64,000 bases of DNA from Octopus sinensis (lineage: Eukaryota): the NCBI RefSeq assembly GCF_006345805.1, contig NC_043002.1, positions 1,922,001-1,986,000 on the forward strand, read 5' to 3'. A program made the position numbers and the translations under genes. The notes under the pieces were generated by a model. The model was not told the origin of the DNA, ran no database searches, and was given only the letters and a program-made list of their open reading frames with translations. Of this stretch, positions 52,101-64,000 are shown piece by piece; the first letter of the stretch is position 1, and each line of letters opens with the position of its first letter.

Positions 52101-55029
52101 AGCATGACTTCTCTTCAATCTTTTCATTGTTGTATTCTTTTAGATATGTCTACCGACATTTTATACAATCAATGTTTGTACCTCAATTATTGCTAATAAT
52201 ACCTTGCTTTTGTAGTAGACGCAACATTTTGTTTACGTTTTCCTTCTTTGTCTGTGATGTTTTTGTTATCTTATAGTTTGGCTGGGAAATGGTTGTCCTG
52301 TCAAAACGCAGAAGTGAATATTCATAAGAATCTCATTTATAAATTTAAATAATCAGACGCTGGATACAATAGACTAACTCTGATGATATATTTTCAATAT
52401 CAAGAGAAACCCATAATTGAAACAGCACACTATTGTGTTCATCTCCATTTTATAACAAATCAGTCATTATACTAACAAAGTTTTCCTGCGTATTTAAATT
52501 TTTTCTTCAATTTAGTCAATATACCTATACTAAATATTAATGTTACAAGCATAAATAACATAGATGCTGCTTTCAGTTACCGTCTCTTAGTCTACTGATA
52601 TTTGCGAAAATAAGGAAACACCAAAAATATGAAAATAATTGCAGAATTATTATTGCAGTTTTTAATATTTATATCTGAAAATTTCTTGAATATAACTTTC
52701 AGCTTAAATTAAGAAGTACATTTTTTGTGTGATTCACAAACTCACCAGCGTCTTAGAATATTATTCCGTCTCGATTTTGTTACAAGTATATATCGCCTTT
52801 CTCAGTTGAAACTGATACCTTACACCACTTGGATATTTGGGTTTTTTTTCATTTTAGAATATTTAATAATATCCAAAAACGTCTGAAAATACGCTGCTGG
52901 ATTAGTAAAATTAATATCTATTTCATTTTCAGATTAAAAAATATTTCAAACATTTCAAAATTGCCAACATTTAATAAAATATAATGTATGTATTAAAGTA
53001 TTGCTTATACATTTACCAAGATCACCAACCAGACTTATACAGATGCAAATAAGCAAGGAAACATAGACACATATATACATTGTAAACACACACACACACA
53101 CACATTGTATACTGTATCGAAAACGGTGTCCAACAGATAAGAAAGTTTAATATTATTTTCAATAACATTCAACAAATCATTGCTTGCGCTCATCGATCTT
53201 TCCGTTGTCTCGTGTGGTTCAACCACCAAAACCTATATCACTTCTCTCGTCGATTCTAGTCAAAGAGTTGTCTTCTACACAGAGATGTCACAATATTCGA
53301 CGGTTCCAATCCTCTCCTACACCATTAACTAAACTATTTTCTTTATTCTTGTTTCTCTGACACATTTGTATTTCGGATAATCGACTGCTTTTGATCTATT
53401 TTTTCCAACAAAATAAACATTAATCCAAACATCATCAGACTCTTAGCTATTTTACACTCGAGTCCAAAGAAAGCTATGGGTTGTGCTCATCTTCCTAAGA
53501 CCACCAGGTAAAATATGAAACACTACTGAATTGCTTTGTTTTGCTTGATGTCAGCTAGTCTGATCCACTCTGCACAATTGTAAAACTAGTAACTTTCAGA
53601 ACGACTTTACTTCCATTCTCAATTCAGTCATAAAAACATTTTCCTAACGTCTATCTTATTCTATAGTATTCTAGTTGAAAAAAGGAAATTTGTTCGTTTA
53701 TTTCTTCCCGGTCTGAGATCAGAATTTTATTTTTCGCAACTATTTTTAGAATATATTTAATGTAATTACTTTTATGTTAAAGCGATATTTGAAACTAAAT
53801 ATTGAAATGGCTCCTGGGAATGTCATTAAGCGGAAGGAAACATTTGTATTCACTATAATACTTCTCTTATAAATTGCACCTGTAGCATTGTTGATCTTCA
53901 TATTAAATCATTTGAAATTCAAACGAAAAGAATCCGCACGAAGCAGAGAAAGATGAAATAAAAAAAAAGCACTACAACAAATAATAAAAATATAATAGGA
54001 AAATAGAATTGCAAGAATGAAAGAAATTCATCAAAAAATATTTCTTGTCAGTTATATTGCTTTCCACGTTTGACAGAAACTGCAATGAAACGGCGTTCAT
54101 TGTTATTGAAATGCTTCCTTCAACTTTCTCTCATAGAAATAACGCGTTTGCTGTGAATTTTCCCTTAAATGGAACTTCATTTCAAGTGAAAAAAGCAATT
54201 TGCTTTTGAAACGCCCCAATATGCACATCAATATTAATGTGACGTTTCCTTAAAATGTTTGTATTTCTATGCGTTTTGTGAATTCTTTTAAAGCTGAAGA
54301 TGTTGAGTGGCAACAAGTAAATCTCTTGCAATTTAAAAGGAGCCAAATGGATTCTATTTCATCCGTAATGACTTGTTTAATAGTACAATAACGTCTCTGT
54401 TCCCGTTGAACATGTTTGTCACGATCGCTGCCTCTAACTACTTGTCACATAATCTATGGAGCTCATTAGCCGTTACATGACAACTAAGACACACATAGAA
54501 TTAATATTAAATGGATAATGATAGACCTCTTCTCTAATTAATTATGGTAATTGCTGTTATGTTTACATCTGTGCAAATATATACATTTGTAATTTTTTTC
54601 TAAATGGGGAGGTGGAATACATTTAAACGTTATTCCTGCATATCCTGATAATTTTCTCCGTTAAATCTCCACTTAGACACGCCATGACAACCACGACCAT
54701 CCTGAATATGTCTTCAATACTTTATTAAAACATTGGTTTATTTGATTATGCAACAGAATCCACTTAAAAATATAATTTTATTGCATTTTATTTTCGTAAA
54801 ATTTCCTTCAACTTTAAACTACGTCTGTGGTCGAGGATTTATTCACAGATAATTTAATATTTGAAATGAAGTATGTCTCCATCTATTCAAATATTTTAAG
54901 TATGTCTTATATGTCAATTCGAAACCTTTTCAATGAAACTAGAATACATAACGAAGGTCACCGATAATCACTATTTTTGTATATCGATTTTTCATTGATT
55001 TACTGAGGTGTACATTCAATTCTCAGAGA

Positions 55030-55210
55030 TTTGCTGCTTAGCCCTTGGTCTGCCCCGTTCAAGCTGACACATGGACAATGGCGTTCCGAACATAACTTTC
55101 TCATCCTAATTCAAGACTATATTTTATGTATCTTGGCTGTTTCAAACAAGATTTTGAGAGAGAGCTTTGGCTGCTATTTCAACCGTGTTAAGTAACCACA
55201 GAAAGCCCCC
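55030..55210 (+). mobile_element. Decayed SINE-like repeat (family D)
   Basis: tagcccttggtctgccc...gagagctttggctgctatttc; shares ttggctgctatttc with the hairpin arms at 31.7 kb. Confidence 0.5.
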
Positions 55211-56129
55211 CTCCCCCGTAGTTGACTAACCCATAAAATACCTCTTTTTTTACCAATAAAATAAATATTTGAAGAATCAAAGTTTTTCTTTTATGTAACA
55301 ACAAGGTTCACAAATAATCTTCTGCCTCAGATCCTCTTATGGAAGGGTTTCACACACCCTTTCTTCCATCTACAATCCACCCCAGAGAAGGATTACGATG
55401 TGTGCATTTCTATGCACACACTATACATACCACTAAACACACACTGTGCAATATACATGCCGTGCATATAGTCACAGTGAGATTGCTATTGCCTTCCACT
55501 TTCCTCGCCATTTCTTATCACAGATTTTTATACAAACCATCTGACCTCCATTTTAGACACTAAATGCGCATTACATCTCACTACTTGTAATGATCTTAAT
55601 TCTCTGCAAAACAGCATCGACCCTCTCTCTTTCACCTCTTCTCTATCATGACATTCCTCATTGTTGCCTAGGCAACAGTTCCGCCGCAGTCTGTTAAAAC
55701 TGTTTATCATCAATTCATTGTTATGCAACCTCATTTAACATGACTGTTCCCAACTCTCTCTCATTTTACTCAGCATCTGAGTTGTTAAAAACTTTAAGCC
55801 TATCCACCATTTATCTCTCATCTTATGCTTCCCTCCTCATTATTCATCTTCCACACGACTCGCCATCTCCCTTGGAATTTTCTCCCCATTTTCCTTTCTA
55901 CTTATCTCTCCTATTTTTGTCCACTGCATGAAGCGATGTTATCTTTTCACTCGTCAATGAAAATCAACTCAGCGAACACTTTTATGAAACTTCCTATTAT
56001 CATGGATGCATATGGAGTGAGAACTTCCCTCCAAATTATGACAAGTATAATATCCAGTAAAACATTACATTTGTGTTGGGGACGAAGTAGGGTCTTTCAG
56101 TTGATGTGTTTCCAAATTATATTCGTGTT

Positions 56130-57421
56130 GTAAGTTAAGTTTCAACTGAAAATCGATTCAGGGCATCGGGAGTCAGCTGACGAGTTCGCATGCAGATCAA
56201 GCTACTTTCATGAAATGGGACCAAATGAGATTTATTTTTCAACCCAGTCCTCCTTGCGGTCTACACACTTCTTTTATTGGTGTTGCAGTGCTTGGATCGC
56301 ATTGGGAAAGAAGCTTGCATCCTGTTCATCAAAAATGTCAACTGTTGATACGACATCATCATCACTGTAACACTGGCTCCCCGCCAACTGTACTTTCATG
56401 TTGGATGGGGGACAGATGATGGGGCCAAATCCGGAGGGATAAAGAGGGTAATCAAACAGTTGAAAGACACAGCTACGCACAACAGCCATTGAAATGAAAG
56501 ATGTGTATACTGAAACGTTGCCCTGATGAAACAATTGAGCTTTCGTCAGTTATTCCGGTCGTTTGGTCTTAATAGCCTTTTATAGCTGCCTCAGTAAGTT
56601 GGCATGGTACTCTCCAGTGATGATGTGGTTCTTTTGAAGATAGTCAATAAACACAATACCTTTTGCATTCCAAAAAACTGAGTCATCAAGTTCCCTGCAG
56701 ATGGAACGACGTTAGCCATCTTTGGAGCACATGTGGAGGGGTGTTTCCACTGCATGGATTGTCTCTTTGTCACTGGTTCAAACTAATGAGCCTAACATTT
56801 ATCCCTAGTTAAGAAACAAGGTAATAAGCTGGGTCTGCCTGAAAAAATTGTTAGATTTTCCCAAGATGTGTTCAGTTTGGTGCGCTTTTGATTAGGTGTC
56901 AGAAGACATGGAACCCACCAAGCAGAAACCTCGCCAATTTACAACTCTCTCACGGGTTATTCTAACAGTATTTGATTTATTGTCAATCGCCTGTCATCCA
57001 TCAGAATGGGATGAACACGATGAATGTTTTGCTCGGTGGTGGCAGTTGCAAGACGTCCAGACACTGGGTCATTTTCCAGATTCTCCCTTCTCCTCCTAAA
57101 TCCAGTTTCCCGCTTTTGCACTGTTGATAACGCTGGGGCTCCATTCTCTAATTTAGCAACCATGTCAACATGTACCTCCTTGTAGGTTCAACCCTTTTTT
57201 CTGCAGGTACCTGATAACACCACGATACCAAATTTTATTCCTTTTCAAGAGAATTCGCTACTTGTTATTTCTGAAGTCATGGTTGAACGGTCACATGACA
57301 GTTTCCCCGGAGGGAAACGATGTAGTTATTAATAAGAAAAGATGAAATTAATGCACTTCAGATTTGAAAGTTCTACATCACTCCTTTCTAGTTAATCTAT
57401 GAATTTTTCAGCCCACCCTCA
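56130..57421 (-). mobile_element. Near full-length mariner transposase pseudogene
   Basis: TIR remnant tttttcagcccaccctc at about 57404-57420. Minus-strand HTH (PALSTVQK..ENDPVSGR.ATATT..LMDDRRLTI), TKRQSMQWKHP..KMANVVPSAG, and decayed D..H..HPPYSPD region through IQALQH. The left TIR is not clearly seen. Confidence 0.85.
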
Positions 57422-58565
57422 GTGTAGCCATTCAATTAATTTGGAGTTATACTCTACCCCATGAAAAGAATTTATCGTCTCATTTATATTTGTCTCACTC
57501 ATAATAACTCATCGTCTCCTACATAAGTTAAAATTGATATTTATGTTTACAGGAATCCAGTTCTCTATTTTCAGTGCAATTAAATGAATATCCAATTATT
57601 GAGACTCGTTTAAAATAGAAAATCAGAATTGCTTTAAACGTTATTCAGAAAGTAGACAAATCCTAAGTTTGTAGGTTATTTTATATTAATTTTATTTAGT
57701 GACAAGAAAACGTGTTAATTTAAAATAACAACGAAATGTGTTCGACCAGCGTTGGCAGCTGCGTTCGAGGGTGACGTTTTGGCCGAAGGGTAAACGAACG
57801 TATCTCGTAATTGGCTGCTTGCAGTATTTTGGTTAAAACAATATTTCTCACCTTATTTCTTCAGAAAGCAACACACTTATGAAAAATAGAGATAACACGA
57901 CTCTTTATTGAAGCACTGAACAAACTAACAATTTGCAATTCACAGATTGTTTCGTTCCACATAAATATTATGAAGACGGGAAGACTATATATTTACAGTT
58001 TCATATCACTGAGATTTCATATTGGAAACACATATCAATAAAGAGGGTCTGCAGAACAGTTTGTGAACAGGCTTGTTACTGGGACCAAATATTTCCGATG
58101 GCTTTTTTTAAATTCTTCGTTTTGTTGGGTTATGAAATTTACGTAAATGTTTATTGGAAAACCTAAATCGTTATTTCATCAATGAACATCAAATCTCTAT
58201 ATTTAGGAACAGTGAAATATGGTTACTGAAATAGGGTTATGCTGCTTAACTGTTTTTGAATATTGGAAAAGATTTATCTATATTACTTCCCACTCAAATT
58301 TAATGCTACACTAAAAAACAGTGAGGAATAATATCAAAAGTGTGGATTTGTGGAGCAATTTAATAGTTTTTTGCTTCGCTGTTTACGAGTCAGTTGGTTC
58401 TCATCACACAATTTCCGACGATTCTTCTCCCTTTATGGCTTAGTTCTTTAATTCTTTCCACCTCAGTTCCATGTACTGGCATTTGACAATATTTACATTT
58501 ATTTTCAAGCAAACTGCCTCTTCAAATTTACCCATAGTCTATAAGTTTTTACAAACTGATATTTA

Positions 58566-60068
58566 TCTCTCTATATATAAAACTGAGAATGTGTGTCTGT
58601 CTGTGTGTTTCCCTAAAACTTGAGAACTACACAACCAATTTCATTCAGATTTTACACATGCCTTACTTAGGGTCCATGTAGTTTCATGGGCAAAAAAAGT
58701 TTCAATTTCTTGCCTAGAGCGAGCCCATAGCAATATCATATCTTCTCCACTATTTCAGTATTACATGTTAAAAGTGAAACAAAAACATTTCTCTATTTTA
58801 TGTCAGATACTTTCACTTTAACAATAAAAATTAGAGATAATAATAACAATTGAATTATATGTAGTAAGTAATAATAATTGAAATCAAACTAAAGTATAAT
58901 ATAATCGTAACATAACAAAAGTAAAAATAGCAATTGGTATAAAATTGCATCAATGACTTGAACTTGAATAAGTGGTTCCACATGAATGGGAATAAATTAA
59001 AAATAAAATTAGCGTGCAGAAATGGAATAGTCCAGATGGGGCTGTGCTTTTACATTAGATTATCTGCTAATTAGCTAGCATTAAGTATCTATATGAAGTT
59101 TGGCTGTATGTAATATCTGTTTTCTCGAACAGCCGGTTCTACAGAGTACTGCTGTTGGTTTATTTCTTATACACAAAGGACTAAAGCTTGAACTGCTTAC
59201 TGCTTTCTGATTCATCGTAAGGTTTGTCGTTATTATTTTTGCTGTTTAACTATTGTTATCACGTTTGTTGGTTCCTCGTAAGGGAAACGTTGTTGTGTTG
59301 CATTTGTTAAATAATTGTAAACTGTAACCCTCCCCCTTTGGGAGAAGGAGCTTTGGTTATTGTTTAAAAATTGAATTGTGTCCCTGTTTAGGGAAATTGA
59401 CAATATTTTCACCGTTTACACGGAAGCATTTTTGTTAGAATGCCTTCGATAGAAGAAAGTCCAAAAATGAATTTCGCTGCAGCCCGACGGGCGCGAACTC
59501 ATTGAAATTAAAATGAAGAAATACGGATTGATCACCGACAAAGACGGTGAATCTAGGATAACACCACCAAATGAAATAAAAAATTAAATTAAAGAAAAGA
59601 CTATTGTCTATAAAGTATACAATGTAGAGAAAAAAAAGATTTGAACACCTGGAGGAAAGCACCATCGAAAAGTGTCTTGGTACGACTATGAAAGATATCT
59701 AACCAGAGGCGGTAAATTCGCCACGATAGAAGCAAGGTTCGAGTCAACGGAGCGTGCAAAGGAGTACTCGACTCGAACCTTGCAAAGTGGAAATATTTTA
59801 TTTTTACCTTTATATCTGGGACGTAGGACGTCCCGGATAAAAATTTAAAATATCCCCCCCCCCCTGAAGTTGAGGTAGGCTGGATTGTAGTCACACTTCT
59901 ATACAAGAGGGAGGACAAGATACAATTGATCGAAATTCCAAGAGACGAGCCTACAATTCCAGTCTGTTATATATTTTGAGTATTGTTATCACTAGTGATA
60001 TCAAGATATAACTTTGTATTTTGTATTTTATGTGTAGATGTACATGTAATATGTACATATATATATAT

Positions 60069-60140
<72 letters not shown>

Positions 60141-60187
60141 CATATATACTAGCACTATGACCCGGCAACAACGGGTCAAAATACTAG
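58566..60187 (+). mobile_element. Non-autonomous Helitron (5' end certain, 3' end inferred)
   Basis: A|TCTCTCTATAT start; about 260 bp homologous to the 5' end of the 41110 Helitron (ccctaaaacttgagaa..catgccttacttagggtccatgtag). Candidate end: hairpin tgacccg-gcaacaa-cgggtca (60158-60178), 5 nt, CTAG|T. Confidence 0.6.
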
Positions 60188-60510
60188 TGTATATATAAAA
60201 TAACTTTATTATAATTAACATACTGGATAATTAGAATAATTTCTGAATATCTGAATAACTGTAGAAAGTGGGATCCCAGTGTTTTCTGCGATTTGACTAA
60301 ATCCACCTTCCGATTGGCTTACAATACATCTTTGAAATTCGGACAGTTCCGTGGCTTCTTTTGTACGTGGCGGGATTAAACGGTTACACAGAGAACCTGA
60401 AATATAAAAATGTCAATCAATAGAAAATAAATTTTGAATTTAAAATAAACATATAGCCATGTTTTATGAGTTATCTATTTATTTTTGTCATGTCTGTGTC
60501 TGTGTGTATG

Positions 60511-60565
<55 letters not shown>

Positions 60566-61788
60566 AAATTCATGTATGAATATGTATGTGTTTATATGTG
60601 TATATATTATCTGGAGCTCATTGCACTTGAACCTGTATTTGTAAATGTATATTGCTATGTAAACTCTTCACATTTGTTCTGAAATAATAATTCATATTAA
60701 ACTGAGATGCTTAACACATCTCACGAAATTCTACATCATTTAAAGCAACCTCTTAAGCATTATCTGGCCCATTGGGCTTACATTCTAAGTACTCATCTCA
60801 GAAAAGCGCTGTGGATTATTAGAAGAGAAATATATCTGTACTAATGAGATTCTTCACAGATTAATTGTTTTATAGATACTTTTTCTTCGTGTAAGCAATC
60901 CGGCTTTTATTTAATTTCTAGATTTCTTTTAATGTTCCCCATTTTCCTGTTATCCGTAAATTGCATTCCGTCTTATGCGCGAGAAAAATTTCAGTGTTAC
61001 ATTAGAGAATCACTTTAATTTTATTATATTTCATGGCTCTTTGGAAGCTGGTTACCTGATATTTCGAAGAATTCTGCATCAATCGCCGTCTTTAGAGTAT
61101 ATTACCAAGACCAATGGAAATAAAATTAAATTAATCGACTGGCGGTTGGTGATTATATAAAAAGAGGTCAAGAGCTGCTACACTCTTCTTTAATTACTTC
61201 TTGACTCTTTCTCAACAATTTAACCTAGATAATACATAAATCATTTCAGCTCCGCACCCAAGTTTCATATTCTCTACATTCCTTTTTTTTTTATTTAATG
61301 AAAAGATTATATATTCTTTTCTTCCAAATGCTTTCCTGTGGCAGGTTCAACGTGTCAGCCAATTCGCAGGTAACGTTCAAAGTATTTGATTTATACTAAT
61401 ACATTATTTTGTCGTCTCTCACTTTCGATATTAAAAATCACCGTAACGCTTCATTTCCTCAATGTCTGCATCTGTAACAAAATCGAACTACGATACTTAT
61501 TTCTAAGAATTATTAATAATGGAAATAGGTGATTAATGACCGACCAGAAGTTAGGAACAAACTGTTTTAGAAATATACATCAATTTCATTGTATAAAGTA
61601 TATATACGTCCATAAACGTATGTGTGTATATTTCTGTGCGTATGTGTTTGTGTGATGAGTTGACAACAGTATATGCATTATGAAATATATGTGTGAAAGA
61701 TAGTTCAGCAATGTCTGACTGGCTTCCAAGGCTCTGCGTTGTTTTATGTCCAAAGTTTTCATGCAGTTATTATTGCTTTTCATACTCC

Positions 61789-61840
<52 letters not shown>

Positions 61841-61861
61841 ATATATATATAATATATATAT

Positions 61862-62461
61862 ACAATTTATAAACAAGGGCAAAAGAAAAAAATTTCTTAT
61901 GCCAAATATGCCGAAACTAGACACATCGTCCATAACCATATAATTCATCACTATAAGCATGCGTCTCGAAGAAAGCTGACAGAAATTTCTAAAAATTCCG
62001 TTTTTACCATATCGGACCCGATTTCAGAGTTAGTTCATAAGAACCTTCTCTTCGTCAGTGATAAATGCGGCAAAGGAATAAATGAAATACATGGAAGAAG
62101 CAAACACTAAGTCATGAACACAATTAAGTACCCCAAATATATCCACAACAGAAATTCTCCAGCCCATTTGAGACACGTGCGATTCGAACTGAAAACTCTC
62201 AAAGAGTTGCTTCTTCCCTGGGTATAAGTAAGTATTTCATTTATTCCTTTGCCGCATTTATCAATGACGAAGAGAAGGTTCTTATGAATTAACTCTGAAA
62301 TTGTGTCCGATATGGTAATAACGGAATTTTTTAGAAAATTCTGTCGGCTTTCTTCGAGAGACATGCTTATAGTGATGACTTATATGGTTATGGACGATGT
62401 GTCTTGTTTCGGCATATTTGGCATTAGAATTGTTTATCTTTTGCCCTTGTTTATAAATTGT
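61862..62461. mobile_element. Foldback/MITE-like element with ~230-bp inverted arms
   Basis: Arms 61862-62090 and 62232-62461; about 15 substitutions and 1 indel by manual alignment. Confidence 0.85.
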
Positions 62462-62686
62462 TTATAAATTTAACCTTTAAAGGTATGTTTTAATATGCTG
62501 GCCATTGATAAATTTTTTTTCGAAAAAATTTTATCCTATATTGCACACACACACACACACACACACACACCACACACACACACACACCACACCACACACA
62601 CCACACACACACACACATATATATATATATTATATATATATATATATATAATGTATGTAAGTATGTGTGTATATATATATATATAA

Positions 62687-62718
<32 letters not shown>

Positions 62719-62724
<6 letters not shown>

Positions 62725-62835
62725 ATCACGTGACCGACCAGACCATCAGATGTTGTTACACATCGCTAGTCACAATGCATTCGCATTGTTTTAGCCTTCG
62801 AATGACGCCACCCCGCTGGCTAAGCGAGCAGGCCA
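62719..62835 (-). mobile_element. Short interspersed repeat (family E) ending in palindrome cacgtgatcacgtg
   Basis: Inverted second copy at 63889-64000; both flanked by (TA)n. Confidence 0.8.
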
Positions 62836-62837
62836 TA

Positions 62838-63172
<335 letters not shown>

Positions 63173-63845
63173 TATATATATATATATATATATACCGGAG
63201 TAAGCACATGAATGTGAAACAAGGTGGAAAAAAAGACTACTCAAATATCAGAGGCAGAGTAATATGCCTTATTTAAAAGCAGCAGAAATATAGCAAAATC
63301 TGTTGCTCAGAGTCGCACGTTCTCGTTCGTCTGACAGTTTTATTAAAATGGGACAGAAATGACGATAAAATGAAAATTAGTTAAAGGAAACACTTTTAAA
63401 ATGCATCTGTGTATTCTGATGTAAATATGTACATTATAGAAGGTCTAGTATGCGTATATACTGTTGTAAAATACTTATGTAATGCAGCGTGAACATTTTA
63501 ATTTTAATGTATTAATTGACTTATATTTCGTATATAATTATTTACAATATGTATTTTGAATCTACTCTTCGATTTAAGGTTTTCTTCGATTTTACAATCA
63601 TTTATTTTGTTCATTGCATGCTTAAGACCGTTAATTGAAAAGACCAATGAAACAAATCCATTTTTAACTAGTTTTGATTATATCATCATTTCTGTTCTAT
63701 TTTAACAAAACTGTCCGACGAATGGGAACGTGAAACTCTGAGTAACAACTTTTGTTATATTTCTGCTGCTTTTAAATGAAATATGTCTCCCCCGTCTCCT
63801 CTCTCTCTCTCTCTCCCTCTCTCTCTCTCCCTCTCTCTCTCTTTC

Positions 63846-63888
<43 letters not shown>

Positions 63889-63891
<3 letters not shown>

Positions 63892-64000
63892 CCTGCTCGC
63901 TTAGCCAGCGGGGTGGCGTCATTTGAAGGCTAAAACACTGCGAAACGCATTGTGACCAGCGATGTGTAGCAACATCTGATAGCCTGGTCGGTCACGGTGA
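63889..64000 (+). mobile_element. Short interspersed repeat (family E), cut by window end
   Basis: tggcctgctcgcttagccagcggggtggcgtcatt..gaaggctaaaac..gatgtgtagcaacatctgat. Confidence 0.8.

Overview
AT-rich eukaryotic DNA, very dense in microsatellites and transposon relics. The SINE, LINE and Helitron repertoire looks like a coleoid cephalopod, most likely Octopus (inferred from repeat content, not searched). No host gene is identifiable with confidence: only isolated exon-like segments are seen, and most ORFs in the supplied track are translations of (TA)n/(TG)n/(TATG)n/(CAT)n repeats. Real coding content is transposon-derived. It comprises a young Penelope-like element (PLE; RT plus GIY-YIG) with a 684-bp near-perfect inverted copy of its 3' end, an older PLE of another lineage with the same geometry, a near full-length RTE LINE whose 5' ~1 kb is inverted, a second deleted RTE, an R4/Dong-type 3' fragment, two mariner relics, a maT/Tc1-like relic, Helitron RepHel fragments and many tRNA-derived SINEs. 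The most interesting signal is a set of minimal type I hammerhead ribozyme motifs found by eye. Five core-complete motifs plus one mirror copy, and several decayed ones, sit at PLE ends beside (TA)n tracts. Their catalytic 3:8 pair occurs as C:G, U:A and A:U, and their stem III is a self-complementary palindrome.
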